Assembly (NCBI GenBank): GCA_050943735.1
Contig: JBMNPT010000007.1
Span: forward strand, 51,220-115,219
Length of the DNA: 64,000 nt
DNA from: Eubacteriales bacterium
Lineage (GTDB): Bacteria > Bacillota > Clostridia > Oscillospirales > RGIG577
Direction: 5' to 3'
Position numbers and translations under genes: made by a program. A model generated the notes under the pieces. The model was not told where the DNA came from. It worked only from the letters and a program-made list of their open reading frames with translations, and searched no databases. Below, one piece after another: positions 55,093-63,876 of the stretch (positions are counted from its first letter, which is position 1; every line of letters begins with the position of its first letter).

Positions 55093-55136
55093 GTATACAA
55101 TACAAGTATCATCTATAATAAAGGAGGAACTCCCCT

Positions 55137-55394
55137 ATGAAGACCTTTGCGTACACCATTCAGGATGCACAGGGCATCCATGCCCGTCCCGCCGGCCTGC
55201 TGGTCAAGGAGGCTGCCAAATTCACTTCTGCTATCAAGCTGGAAAAGGGCGGTAAATCCGCTGATGCCAAGCGGCTGTTCGCGGTGATGGGACTGGCCGC
55301 CAAACAGGGTGAAACCCTCAATGTGACAGTGGAGGGCGCTGACGAAGAGGCAGCGGCCACCGCACTGGAGACCTTCCTGAAAAACAATCTGTAA
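55137..55394 (+). CDS. ptsH: HPr-family phosphocarrier protein (His15 present, Ser46 replaced by Arg)
   Basis: GIHARPAG active site. Position 46, aligned to B. subtilis HPr ...GKTVNLKSIMGVMSLG, reads ...GKSADAKRLFAVMGLA. Confidence 0.88.
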   Translation: MKTFAYTIQDAQGIHARPAGLLVKEAAKFTSAIKLEKGGKSADAKRLFAVMGLAAKQGETLNVTVEGADEEAAATALETFLKNNL

Positions 55395-55410
55395 AGAACA
55401 CTCCGCAAAA

Positions 55411-55440
55411 GCGGGTCGGTATTACCGGCCCGCTTTTTTT
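55411..55440 (+). terminator. intrinsic terminator after fru-ptsH operon
   Basis: GCGGGTCGGT/ACCGGCCCGC stem followed by T7. Confidence 0.88.
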
Positions 55441-55560
55441 GTTTGCCTGAGCGCACAGGTTTTGCCGTTCCATCATGAGGTGAACACAAAACGGTCACAA
55501 ACCACCGATATAATGGGTGTCAGCCAATGAGGAATTCTTATGGAAAAAGGAGTCGTGACA

Positions 55561-57375
55561 ATGAAAGCATGGTTGCGCAAGATGCCCTTGATGGGCAAAT
55601 TGACAGAATGGAAAACGAGCAAGAAGCTCCCTGGTAAAAAAGGAAAGCGATTCATTGCCGCAGGATTGGCGGTGGTGGTGGCGGGAGCCGCAGCTTTTCG
55701 CATTTTTGCGGGAGGGGAAGCGCCAGTCAGCCTCAGCTATGAAGACGCACAGGTGGAACGCAGGGACATTCAGACCACGCTTTCCTATACCGGTACATTG
55801 CAGCCGTTGGATCAGTATGAGGTGACGGCACTGGTGAAGGGCGAAGTATTGGAAGCGCCTTTTGAGGAAGGTCAGATTGTACAAGAGGGAGATCTGCTCT
55901 ATCAGATCGATTCCAGCGATGCGGAAAACAACATAGAAAAGGCGCAGCTCAATGTGGAAAAGGCGCAGATGAGTTATGAGGAAACCCTGGACACTCTATC
56001 CGACTTGCAGGTGAAATCTGACGAAGCGGGGATGGTACAGGAGCTCTTTGTGGAAGTGGGGGACGAGGTGCAAAACGGTGCTCAGATTGCCCAGATTCTG
56101 GACAGCAGCACTATGAAGTTGAAGCTCCCATTCAATTCGGCGGACGCTCAGACATTCTGGATCGGTCAGAGCGCCCAGGTGACCATGGACGGCAGTTTTG
56201 AAACACTCAGCGGCACCGTCACTGATATCACAGCGGTGGATGAGGTGCTGAACGGGTATCAGATTGTACGGTATGTGACCATTGAGGTGAATAACCCCGG
56301 CGGACTGACCGAAGACAGTGTGGCCACTGCCACCATTGATGGCATTGCCTGTAATGGCAGCGCCAATTTTACCTATCAGTCTCAGCGGACCGTTACTGCC
56401 AAGACCAGTGGCACAGTAACTTCCATACAGGCTCCGGAAGGACATTATGTGTCTAAAAACGGTGTGGTGGTGACGTTGAGCAGCGACTCCATTGACAATC
56501 AGGTGAGAAACAGCCAGATCAGCTTGCAGGATGCACAGCTTTCCCTGGAAAGTCAGTACGACAGTTTGGATGATTACAGTATCACCGCACCCATCAGCGG
56601 CACAGTAATTTCCAAGGATGCTAAGGCGGGTGATACGCTGGACAACACCAACGGTAGTAAAACGTTGTGTGTGATCTATGATCTGTCCAAGCTCACCTTT
56701 GACATGAGTGTGGATGAGTTGGACGTGGGCAGTCTGGAAGTGGGTATGGAGGTACGAATCACCACTGATGCATTAGAGGGACAGGAGTACACTGGCACCA
56801 TTACCAATATCAGCATCAGCGGTACTACCAGCAACAGTGTGACTGCTTATCCGGTTACAGTGACCATTGAAGATACTGGGGATTTGATTCCGGGTATGAA
56901 TATCAATGCGGAGATCATCACTGCCGAAAGTGCGGACACGCTGGCCATTCCCACCAGTGCGGTTCAACGGGGCAATATTGTTTACGTCAAGGATTCCACT
57001 GGAGCAAAGCAAAATGAAGAAAATGCGCAGACGACCACCGAAGAAGAAGTGCCTCAGACTGGTGAGGAAAAAGAAGAAATGCCAGACGGTATGAATAGCA
57101 TTGCCGCACAGGAAACCCCTGAAGGATACCGGGCCGTACAAGTAGAACTGGGCATCAGTGATGACAGTTATGTGGAAGTGCTCAGTGGCCTGGAAGAAGG
57201 TGACGTGGTAGGCGTGCCCAAGGTGGTTTCTTCTTCGGGCGAAGATGACGGTACCGGTGCTGCCATGGGTGGCATGGGCGGCATGGGCGGAGGAATGCCC
57301 ATGGGCGGAGGAATGCCTGCCGGTGGCGGCGGTATGCCTGCCGGAGGTCCTGGGGGAGGAGGTCCGATGGGATGA
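55561..57375 (+). CDS. efflux transporter periplasmic adaptor (HlyD/MacA family) with Gly/Met/Pro-rich C-terminal tail
   Basis: TM anchor, coiled-coil (NNIEKAQLNVEKAQMSYEE), beta-barrel domains and tail ...GAAMGGMGGMGGGMPMGGGMPAGGGGMPAGGPGGGGPMG. ATG 55561 follows AAGGAG. The ORF-track start is 55540. Confidence 0.85.
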   Translation: MKAWLRKMPLMGKLTEWKTSKKLPGKKGKRFIAAGLAVVVAGAAAFRIFAGGEAPVSLSYEDAQVERRDIQTTLSYTGTLQPLDQYEVTALVKGEVLEAPFEEGQIVQEGDLLYQIDSSDAENNIEKAQLNVEKAQMSYEETLDTLSDLQVKSDEAGMVQELFVEVGDEVQNGAQIAQILDSSTMKLKLPFNSADAQTFWIGQSAQVTMDGSFETLSGTVTDITAVDEVLNGYQIVRYVTIEVNNPGGLTEDSVATATIDGIACNGSANFTYQSQRTVTAKTSGTVTSIQAPEGHYVSKNGVVVTLSSDSIDNQVRNSQISLQDAQLSLESQYDSLDDYSITAPISGTVISKDAKAGDTLDNTNGSKTLCVIYDLSKLTFDMSVDELDVGSLEVGMEVRITTDALEGQEYTGTITNISISGTTSNSVTAYPVTVTIEDTGDLIPGMNINAEIITAESADTLAIPTSAVQRGNIVYVKDSTGAKQNEENAQTTTEEEVPQTGEEKEEMPDGMNSIAAQETPEGYRAVQVELGISDDSYVEVLSGLEEGDVVGVPKVVSSSGEDDGTGAAMGGMGGMGGGMPMGGGMPAGGGGMPAGGPGGGGPMG

Positions 57376-58076
57376 TGCAAACTCCTCTCATTCAATTGAA
57401 GGACATTTATAAGATTTATCAGATGGGCGATACACAGGTGCGGGCTTCCGATGGGGTAAGTCTGGAGGTGTACGAAGGAGAATTTGTGGCCATTGTGGGC
57501 CAGAGCGGCAGCGGTAAATCCACCATTATGAACATCATCGGCGCGCTGGATGTCCCCACCAGTGGCCAGTACATCCTCAAGGGTCAGGACGTGAGCCATA
57601 TGACCGACGATGAACTAGCGGAGATTCGCAACCGGATGATCGGGTTTATCTTTCAGCAGTACAATCTGATTCCCAAACTGAATCTGCGGGAAAATGTGGA
57701 GCTGCCGCTGCTGTATGCCGGCGTGCCGGAGCATAAGAGGGCCGAGCTGGCCATGAAAGCGCTGGAACGGGTGGGGGTGGCTGACAAATGGCGACATCTG
57801 CCCAGCCAGCTGTCCGGCGGCCAACAGCAGCGTGTGTCCATTGCTCGGGCACTGGCGGGCAATCCCTCTTTGATTCTGGCGGATGAGCCCACTGGCGCAC
57901 TGGACAGCCGTACCAGCCGGGAAGTGCTGACCTTTCTGCAGGAACTCAATGACGAGGGAAATACCATTGTTCTCATCACCCATGACAACGGCATTGCCCT
58001 GGAAGCCAAACGGGTGGTGCGGCTGGCGGACGGCAAGGTGATTTTTGACGGCCCAGCCAGTGAATATAAGGTATAG
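57372..58076 (+). CDS. ABC transporter ATP-binding protein (MacB/LolD type)
   Basis: Walker A GQSGSGKST, signature LSGGQQQRV and Walker B LILADEPTGALD. The start overlaps the adaptor stop. Confidence 0.92.
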   Translation: MMQTPLIQLKDIYKIYQMGDTQVRASDGVSLEVYEGEFVAIVGQSGSGKSTIMNIIGALDVPTSGQYILKGQDVSHMTDDELAEIRNRMIGFIFQQYNLIPKLNLRENVELPLLYAGVPEHKRAELAMKALERVGVADKWRHLPSQLSGGQQQRVSIARALAGNPSLILADEPTGALDSRTSREVLTFLQELNDEGNTIVLITHDNGIALEAKRVVRLADGKVIFDGPASEYKV

Positions 58077-58086
58077 GAGGGGCAAG

Positions 58087-59268
58087 ATGGGATTCAAACA
58101 GGCATTCAAACTGGCGTGGAACAGCATTATGAGCAGCAAGATGCGCTCGCTGCTCACCATGCTGGGCATTATCATCGGTGTGGCATCGGTGATTGTGCTG
58201 GTCAGCCTGATGCAGGGTATGACCACCTCCATGACCGATATGTTCACCAGCATGGGGACCAATTCCATGACGGTGACTCTCATGGGCCGCCGGGACAGTG
58301 CCTCTGTTTCGGTGGATGATATGTATGAATTTATAGACGGGCAGCCCGGGCTGTACCAGGGGGTTTCTCCCACTGTGACGGTGATGGGAGCCACTGTAAA
58401 AAATGGAACGACAGAGGCAGAGACTGTTACCATCACTGGGGTGGGAGAGGATTATGACAAGCTCAACACCCTGGAAGTGATGGATGGACGATTTATTCAA
58501 TATCTGGATATTTCACAGCGTAAAAAGGTGTGTGTCATCGGCACCTATGTGGCGGCACAGCTGTTCGGCACCACCCAGGCCGCAGGGCAGACTTTGAAAA
58601 TCAACGGCAATGTGTACACTGTGGTGGGCGTATTGGCTGAACAAGAGGATTCCGAAGAGGGATCGGCTGACGATTGCATATACCTGCCCTACACTATGGC
58701 CAGCAAACTCAGCTGGATGGGTACCATCAACAGTTACAAGGTGTGTGCCATCGATGCCGAGCATGTGGATGAGGCCAAAGCCACTTTGGAGGGTTTCCTC
58801 TACAGTACTTATGAAGATGAGGATTTGTACAACGTCACTAGCATGGCGGAGATGGTGGACAATGTCAATGAACTGACCGGCACCATGACCATGGTGTTGG
58901 TGGGCATTGCGGGGATCTCTCTGCTGGTAGGCGGCATCGGTATTATGAATATCATGCTGGTGTCGGTGACCGAGCGTACCCGGGAAATCGGCATCCGAAA
59001 ATCGCTGGGTGCCAAGCGCCGGGACATTATGCGGCAGTTTGTGATTGAGGCCGGAACCACCAGTAGTCTGGGCGGCGTGATGGGCATTGTGCTGGGCATC
59101 GTCATCTCTTTGGTGGCCGGCAGTATCATCGGCATCGAAGCGGTCCCATCCTTGGGAGCCATTCTGCTATCCTTTGGTGTGTCGGTGGGTATTGGTGTGG
59201 CTTTTGGATATCTGCCTGCCAGCAAAGCTTCCCGGCTCAACCCCATTGACGCTTTGCGCAGCGACTGA
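58087..59268 (+). CDS. ABC transporter permease (MacB_PCD + FtsX domains)
   Basis: MGFKQAFKLAWNSIMSSKMRSLLTMLGIIIGVASV... with the C-terminal FtsX motif ...ERTREIGIRKSLGA.. and ...PASKASRLNPIDALRSD. ATG 58087 follows AGGAGGGG. Confidence 0.9.
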   Translation: MGFKQAFKLAWNSIMSSKMRSLLTMLGIIIGVASVIVLVSLMQGMTTSMTDMFTSMGTNSMTVTLMGRRDSASVSVDDMYEFIDGQPGLYQGVSPTVTVMGATVKNGTTEAETVTITGVGEDYDKLNTLEVMDGRFIQYLDISQRKKVCVIGTYVAAQLFGTTQAAGQTLKINGNVYTVVGVLAEQEDSEEGSADDCIYLPYTMASKLSWMGTINSYKVCAIDAEHVDEAKATLEGFLYSTYEDEDLYNVTSMAEMVDNVNELTGTMTMVLVGIAGISLLVGGIGIMNIMLVSVTERTREIGIRKSLGAKRRDIMRQFVIEAGTTSSLGGVMGIVLGIVISLVAGSIIGIEAVPSLGAILLSFGVSVGIGVAFGYLPASKASRLNPIDALRSD

Positions 59269-59305
59269 CAGTACATTGATTTGATACGAGATGGAGGGAC
59301 AGATT

Positions 59306-61174
59306 GTGAAACAAAAACTGACGGCACTTTTGTTGTGCCTGACTTTGTGTATCCCATGGGCCGCACCGGTTTCCGCACTGGAAACCACCCAGGATGCGGT
59401 GATTCAGGTGGTGGGTGCATTGGAGATTATGACCGGAGATGAAAACGGGGAGCTGCATTTGAGCAATGCGGTGACTCGGGCAGAATTCGCCAAGATGCTG
59501 GTGTGTGCCTCCGTCTACAAAGACAGTGTTTCCCCAGTGGCCAATACCTCCCCCTTCCGGGATGTTCCCTATACCCACTGGGCGGCCAGTTATATCAAAA
59601 CGGCAGTGGAACAGGGATGGGTGACTGGATATCTGGATGGCACCTACCGGCCGGACAACACCATCACATTGGAGGAGGCGGTGACCGCTTCGCTGAAACT
59701 GTTAGGCTATACCACATCGGACTTCCCCGGTTCCTTCCCCTATGGGCAGATGGCGCTGTATGAGTCGCTGGGGATGGATGAAAACATCAGCGCGGGTATG
59801 GGCAGCACCCTCACCCGACAGGATTGTATGTATCTCCTGTACAATCTGCTCAACACCAAAACCAAAGATACAGGAGTTATCTACTGCACCACCCTGGGCT
59901 ATGAGGTGGACGCCAACGACGAGATCAGCCTGACCCATGTGATCAATGACACCATGACGGGGCCCATCATCTCCACTGGTGGTCTCATGGGCATTCCCTT
60001 TACTCCTCAGCACATTTATCGCAATGGTGTGCGGGTGGAGGCGTCTGCCATTGCCGCCTATGATGTGCTCTATTACTCCCAGAGCATGTCCACCGTATGG
60101 GCGTACAACAATAAAGTGAGTGGAACCTATGAATCGGCTTCTCCCAACAGCGATTATCCCACTGCAGTGACAGTGGCGGGGGTTTCCTATGAGTTGGGCA
60201 ACTCCACCGCGGCCTATCAGCTTTCTTCGGTGGGCACTTTCCACATCGGAGATACAGTGACGCTGCTGTTGGGCAAAGATGGCACAGTGGTCAGCGCGGT
60301 GGATGCCACTGCAGCGGAACAGACGGTGGCTGGTGTGATTGTGGAAGTGGGCACCAAAAACTATACCGACAGCAATGGCAATCCCTACAGTGGACGGTAT
60401 ATCCGGGTGGTGGCCACCGATGGCGGCAGCTATGAATTCAAGGTGGACAGCGTGTCGGGCTACAGCCAAGGAGATGTGGTGAAAGTGCAGGTGTCGGGTG
60501 GCACCACGCAGGTCCAGCATCTGAGCAATGCCGGCCTCACCGGAACGGTCAACAGCTCTTCCTATACCATTGGCAGCCGAAAGGTGGCTACAGCCGCCAA
60601 CATTGTGGATGTGGCGGACAGTACAGTGACTAAGATTGCTCTGTCCCGTCTGGACGGGGTGAGTCTCAGCAGTGACAGCGTGCTCTACTATCAGACCAAT
60701 TCCGCCGGAGAGATCACCGATCTGATTTTAGACGATGTAACGGGGGACAGCCGTTCCTACGGTGTGGTGGAAAGTGTGGAAAAGAAACAGCAGTCTGACA
60801 GCACAGGCACCACCACCACTCGGGTTTTCCAGTGCAATGTGAACGGTCAGAGCATGAGCCTCACCACCACCGGATTTTCTCAGGTGAGCAGCGGACCGGC
60901 TTGTTTCACCATGGAAGACGGTCAGATTGACTACATTCAAAACTTGACCATGCTCACCGGGGTGACGGGCGTTACCAGTCTATCGGTACAGACTTCCTCG
61001 GGTAGCTTCCGACTGGCGGACAATGTGCTGGTGTACATCCGGGACGGCAATCAGTATTATCAGTCCACCCTGAGCCAGATTGTGGACAGTCAGGAGTATA
61101 CCATTACAGCGCACTACGATAAGGCACAGTCTCAGGGCGGCCGGGTACGGGTGCTGCTGGCCACTCCCAAATGA
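59306..61174 (+). CDS. SLH-domain cell-surface protein
   Basis: Signal peptide and three SLH repeats, for example FRDVPYTHWAASYIKTAVEQGWVTGYLDGTYRPDNTITLEEAVTASLKLLGY. The C-terminal ~430 aa is unassigned. Start is GTG 59306 (GGAGGG RBS) or ATG 59291. Confidence 0.8.
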   Translation: MKQKLTALLLCLTLCIPWAAPVSALETTQDAVIQVVGALEIMTGDENGELHLSNAVTRAEFAKMLVCASVYKDSVSPVANTSPFRDVPYTHWAASYIKTAVEQGWVTGYLDGTYRPDNTITLEEAVTASLKLLGYTTSDFPGSFPYGQMALYESLGMDENISAGMGSTLTRQDCMYLLYNLLNTKTKDTGVIYCTTLGYEVDANDEISLTHVINDTMTGPIISTGGLMGIPFTPQHIYRNGVRVEASAIAAYDVLYYSQSMSTVWAYNNKVSGTYESASPNSDYPTAVTVAGVSYELGNSTAAYQLSSVGTFHIGDTVTLLLGKDGTVVSAVDATAAEQTVAGVIVEVGTKNYTDSNGNPYSGRYIRVVATDGGSYEFKVDSVSGYSQGDVVKVQVSGGTTQVQHLSNAGLTGTVNSSSYTIGSRKVATAANIVDVADSTVTKIALSRLDGVSLSSDSVLYYQTNSAGEITDLILDDVTGDSRSYGVVESVEKKQQSDSTGTTTTRVFQCNVNGQSMSLTTTGFSQVSSGPACFTMEDGQIDYIQNLTMLTGVTGVTSLSVQTSSGSFRLADNVLVYIRDGNQYYQSTLSQIVDSQEYTITAHYDKAQSQGGRVRVLLATPK

Positions 61175-61228
61175 AATTGACCGGAAGGGGAAAAATCTGC
61201 TATGATACAGACAGGAGGTGAGGAAGAG

Positions 61229-61909
61229 ATGGCAACCATTTTGGTGGCGGATGACGAGGCGCGGATTCGGCGGCTGGTGGGGGATTTCCTCCGTAAGGAT
61301 GGGCATCAGATCGTGGAAGCGGAAGACGGCCGGCAGGCGTTGCAGCGTCTGGAAGAGCAGGAGATTGACCTGGTGATTCTGGATATTATGATGCCTGGCT
61401 ATGATGGCTGGAGCGTGTTGCGGCAGATTCGCAGCCGGCCGGAACATCTGCCGGTGATGATGCTCACTGCCCGCAACGAAGAGGCAGATGAGGTGTTTGG
61501 ATTTGATCTGGGAGCGGACGACTATGTGGGCAAACCCTTTTCGCCGCTGGTGTTGGCGGCTCGAGTGCGCAGTCTGCTGGGCCGCAGCCGGGATGTAAAA
61601 GAACAGGAAATTACCACTTTGGGCCCTCTTTCCATTGACGAGAACAGCCGGGAAGTGCACTTGCGGGAACAGACGGTGAATCTGACTCCCAAGGAATATG
61701 AACTTCTCATCTATTTTAAGAACAACCGGGGAATGGCGCTGAGCCGTTCCGCCATCCTCAACAGTGTGTGGGGCTATGACTATTTTGGGGATCTGCGCAC
61801 CGTAGATACCCATGTGAAAAAGCTGCGTGCCAAATTGGAAGATTGCGGCAGCTATATTCAGACGGTGCGGGGCTATGGGTATCGTTTTGATTGGGAAGGA
61901 AAGGAGTGA
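61229..61909 (+). CDS. OmpR-family response regulator
   Basis: MATILVADDEARIRR...LVILDIMMPGYDG... with a winged-helix C-terminus (LTPKEYELLIYF...VRGYGYRF). ATG 61229 follows AGGAGG. Confidence 0.92.
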   Translation: MATILVADDEARIRRLVGDFLRKDGHQIVEAEDGRQALQRLEEQEIDLVILDIMMPGYDGWSVLRQIRSRPEHLPVMMLTARNEEADEVFGFDLGADDYVGKPFSPLVLAARVRSLLGRSRDVKEQEITTLGPLSIDENSREVHLREQTVNLTPKEYELLIYFKNNRGMALSRSAILNSVWGYDYFGDLRTVDTHVKKLRAKLEDCGSYIQTVRGYGYRFDWEGKE

Positions 61910-61913
61910 GAAA

Positions 61914-63437
61914 ATGATCGCCTTTCGCTGGGGCCGGTCCATCCGCAGCAAATTGCTGGCAGGGACTCTGCTCATTGCTGCGGCCATGTTTGGGGTATTT
62001 GCCCTGCTCAATCTGTGTTGTCTGGACCGCTATTACCGGTATGAAAAGCAGGCGATGCTCATTCAGGTATACCAGCAGGTCAATGCCACGTATCAGGGCG
62101 ATCCGCAGCAGATCGAGGATGCTCTTTCCCAATTGGAATATCAGCGGGGAATTTCCATGACCATTCTGCACCGGGAAGGGGAGGAGGTTCAGGTAAAATA
62201 CAATACCATGTTCCGGGGCGAAATGCCCCCTCCCGATAAGCAGTTCCCCAAAATGGCAGAGGGTCTTGAGAAAGATCCTTTTCAATACGATGAAGAGGAA
62301 CTGGCGGAAAAGGGATATACCTTCGCCAGTTTGGAAGATCCGCACCGAGCAGCGTCTTTTTTGTCGCTGGTGGGTTATTTGCAGGGAGATGATATCCTGA
62401 TGATCGGCATTCCCCTGGCCAACCTGGAAGAAACGGTGCAGATCAGCCAGACCTTTTTGTTGCTGGCGGGACTGGCCGCTCTGGCGGTGGGGTTGATGCT
62501 GGCATTGGCCATCACCCGGCACTTCTGCAATCCTCTCATTCAGATGAAAGACATTGCCAGTTCCATGGCCACGCTGGACTTTTCCCGCAAATATCAGGGG
62601 AATCAGGAAGATGAAGTGGGTCAATTGGGACGCAGTCTCAATCAGCTTTCCGACTATCTGGAGGATGCCTTCCGGGAGCTTAAGGGTGTCAATCTGCGCC
62701 TGGAGGAGGAGATTGAACGATGCCGCCGGGTGGATGATATGCGCCGGGAGTTCATCATCAACATCTCCCATGAGCTGAAAACCCCCATTGCACTGGTACA
62801 GGGCTATGCGGAAGGACTGCGAGTCAATCTCAACTCAAACGAGGAGGATAAAAACTACTATTGTGACATCATCATGGAAGAAGCAGCCCGCATGAACCGC
62901 ATGGTGATGCAGCTGCTGGACTTGTCCCGTATTGAGCTGGGCAATACACCGCCGGAGCTCACCGAAGTGGACATTGGAGAAATGGTGCAGCAGGCTCTGG
63001 GAGAAACCCGGGTGCTGGCAGAGGAAAAGCAGCTTCAGGTGGACAGCGCCGGACTGCAGGGTGTGCTGTGGGCCGACTATGACATGATGGAGCAGGTGGT
63101 GTACAACTATCTCACCAATGCCATTCACCATACCCCCCAGGGAGGCCGAATCCGGCTGTGGAGTCAGCAGGAAGAGGGAGAAATTCGGGTGCATGTGTGG
63201 AATCAGGGAGAGAACATTCCCTTGGAAGAGATGGATAAAATCTGGGAAAAATTTTACCGCATTGACAAGGCCCGGAGCCGGTCCATGGGAGGAACCGGCA
63301 TAGGACTGTCCATTGTGCGGGCCATTTTGCAGGCCCATGGAGGCAGCTGCGGCGTGGACAATACAGAGGACGGGGTGGATTTCTGGTTCCAGACCCGGGC
63401 TTATCAGCCGGGCTTGCCGGAGGAAACTTTATCTTGA
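61914..63437 (+). CDS. sensor histidine kinase
   Basis: Two TM segments, HAMP, H-box ISHELKTPIA and N/G boxes (YLTNAIHHTP, NQGENIP, GGTGIGLS). ATG 61914 follows AAAGGAG. Confidence 0.9.
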   Translation: MIAFRWGRSIRSKLLAGTLLIAAAMFGVFALLNLCCLDRYYRYEKQAMLIQVYQQVNATYQGDPQQIEDALSQLEYQRGISMTILHREGEEVQVKYNTMFRGEMPPPDKQFPKMAEGLEKDPFQYDEEELAEKGYTFASLEDPHRAASFLSLVGYLQGDDILMIGIPLANLEETVQISQTFLLLAGLAALAVGLMLALAITRHFCNPLIQMKDIASSMATLDFSRKYQGNQEDEVGQLGRSLNQLSDYLEDAFRELKGVNLRLEEEIERCRRVDDMRREFIINISHELKTPIALVQGYAEGLRVNLNSNEEDKNYYCDIIMEEAARMNRMVMQLLDLSRIELGNTPPELTEVDIGEMVQQALGETRVLAEEKQLQVDSAGLQGVLWADYDMMEQVVYNYLTNAIHHTPQGGRIRLWSQQEEGEIRVHVWNQGENIPLEEMDKIWEKFYRIDKARSRSMGGTGIGLSIVRAILQAHGGSCGVDNTEDGVDFWFQTRAYQPGLPEETLS

Positions 63438-63462
63438 CAAATGGGGCAATCTGAAGGATACT
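63434..63462 (+). promoter_or_regulatory. sigma-70-type promoter of csoR
   Basis: TTGACA (63434-63439, overlapping the HK stop), 17 nt, GATACT (63457-63462). Confidence 0.5.
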
Positions 63463-63468
63463 GAATGC

Positions 63469-63484
63469 ATACCCCAGGTGGTAT
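63469..63484. promoter_or_regulatory. CsoR-type operator (ATACC-N6-GGTAT)
   Basis: ATACCCCAGGTGGTAT lies just downstream of the csoR -10. Confidence 0.55.
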
Positions 63485-63497
63485 GGAGGTGTGAAAA

Positions 63498-63773
63498 ATG
63501 CGAAAATGTATGGATGCTGACAATTTGCACCGTCGGTTGAAAAAAATCATCGGTCAGGTACAGGCCATTGACCGCATGGTGGATGAGGATGTCCCCTGTG
63601 AAGATGTGCTGGCACAGATCAACGCGGCCAAATCCGCGCTGCACCGAGTGGGGCAGGTGGTGCTGGAAGGCCATATTCAGCACTGTGTGCGGGATGGCAT
63701 CGAGCACGGCGACGCCGATCAGACCATTGCCAGTTTTACCAAGGCGGTAGAGCGATTTGCCAACATGCGATGA
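63498..63773 (+). CDS. csoR: metal-sensing transcriptional repressor, CsoR/RcnR family
   Basis: LHRRLKKIIGQVQAIDRMVDEDVPCEDVLAQINAAKSAL...VLEGHIQHC carries the C-H-C ligand pattern. Confidence 0.9.
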   Translation: MRKCMDADNLHRRLKKIIGQVQAIDRMVDEDVPCEDVLAQINAAKSALHRVGQVVLEGHIQHCVRDGIEHGDADQTIASFTKAVERFANMR

Positions 63774-63777
63774 AAGA

Positions 63778-63807
63778 AACCGGGAGAACTTCTCCCGGTT
63801 ATTTTTT
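63778..63807 (+). terminator. intrinsic terminator after csoR
   Basis: AACCGGGAGA/TCTCCCGGTT stem followed by ATTTTTT. Confidence 0.85.
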
Positions 63808-63813
63808 GCTCTC

Positions 63814-63843
63814 TTGACAAACATATACCCCTATAGGTATAAT
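63814..63843 (+). promoter_or_regulatory. sigma-70-type promoter of P-type ATPase gene
   Basis: TTGACA (63814-63819), 18 nt, TATAAT (63838-63843). Confidence 0.55.
63825..63840. promoter_or_regulatory. CsoR-type operator 1 at ATPase promoter
   Basis: ATACCCCTATAGGTAT lies between the -35 and -10. Confidence 0.6.
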
Positions 63844-63849
63844 GCAAAT

Positions 63850-63865
63850 ATACCCCATAGGGTAT
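63850..63865. promoter_or_regulatory. CsoR-type operator 2 at ATPase promoter
   Basis: ATACCCCATAGGGTAT (ATACCC/GGGTAT inverted repeat) lies at about the TSS. Confidence 0.6.
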
Positions 63866-63876
63866 AGGAGGTGCGT

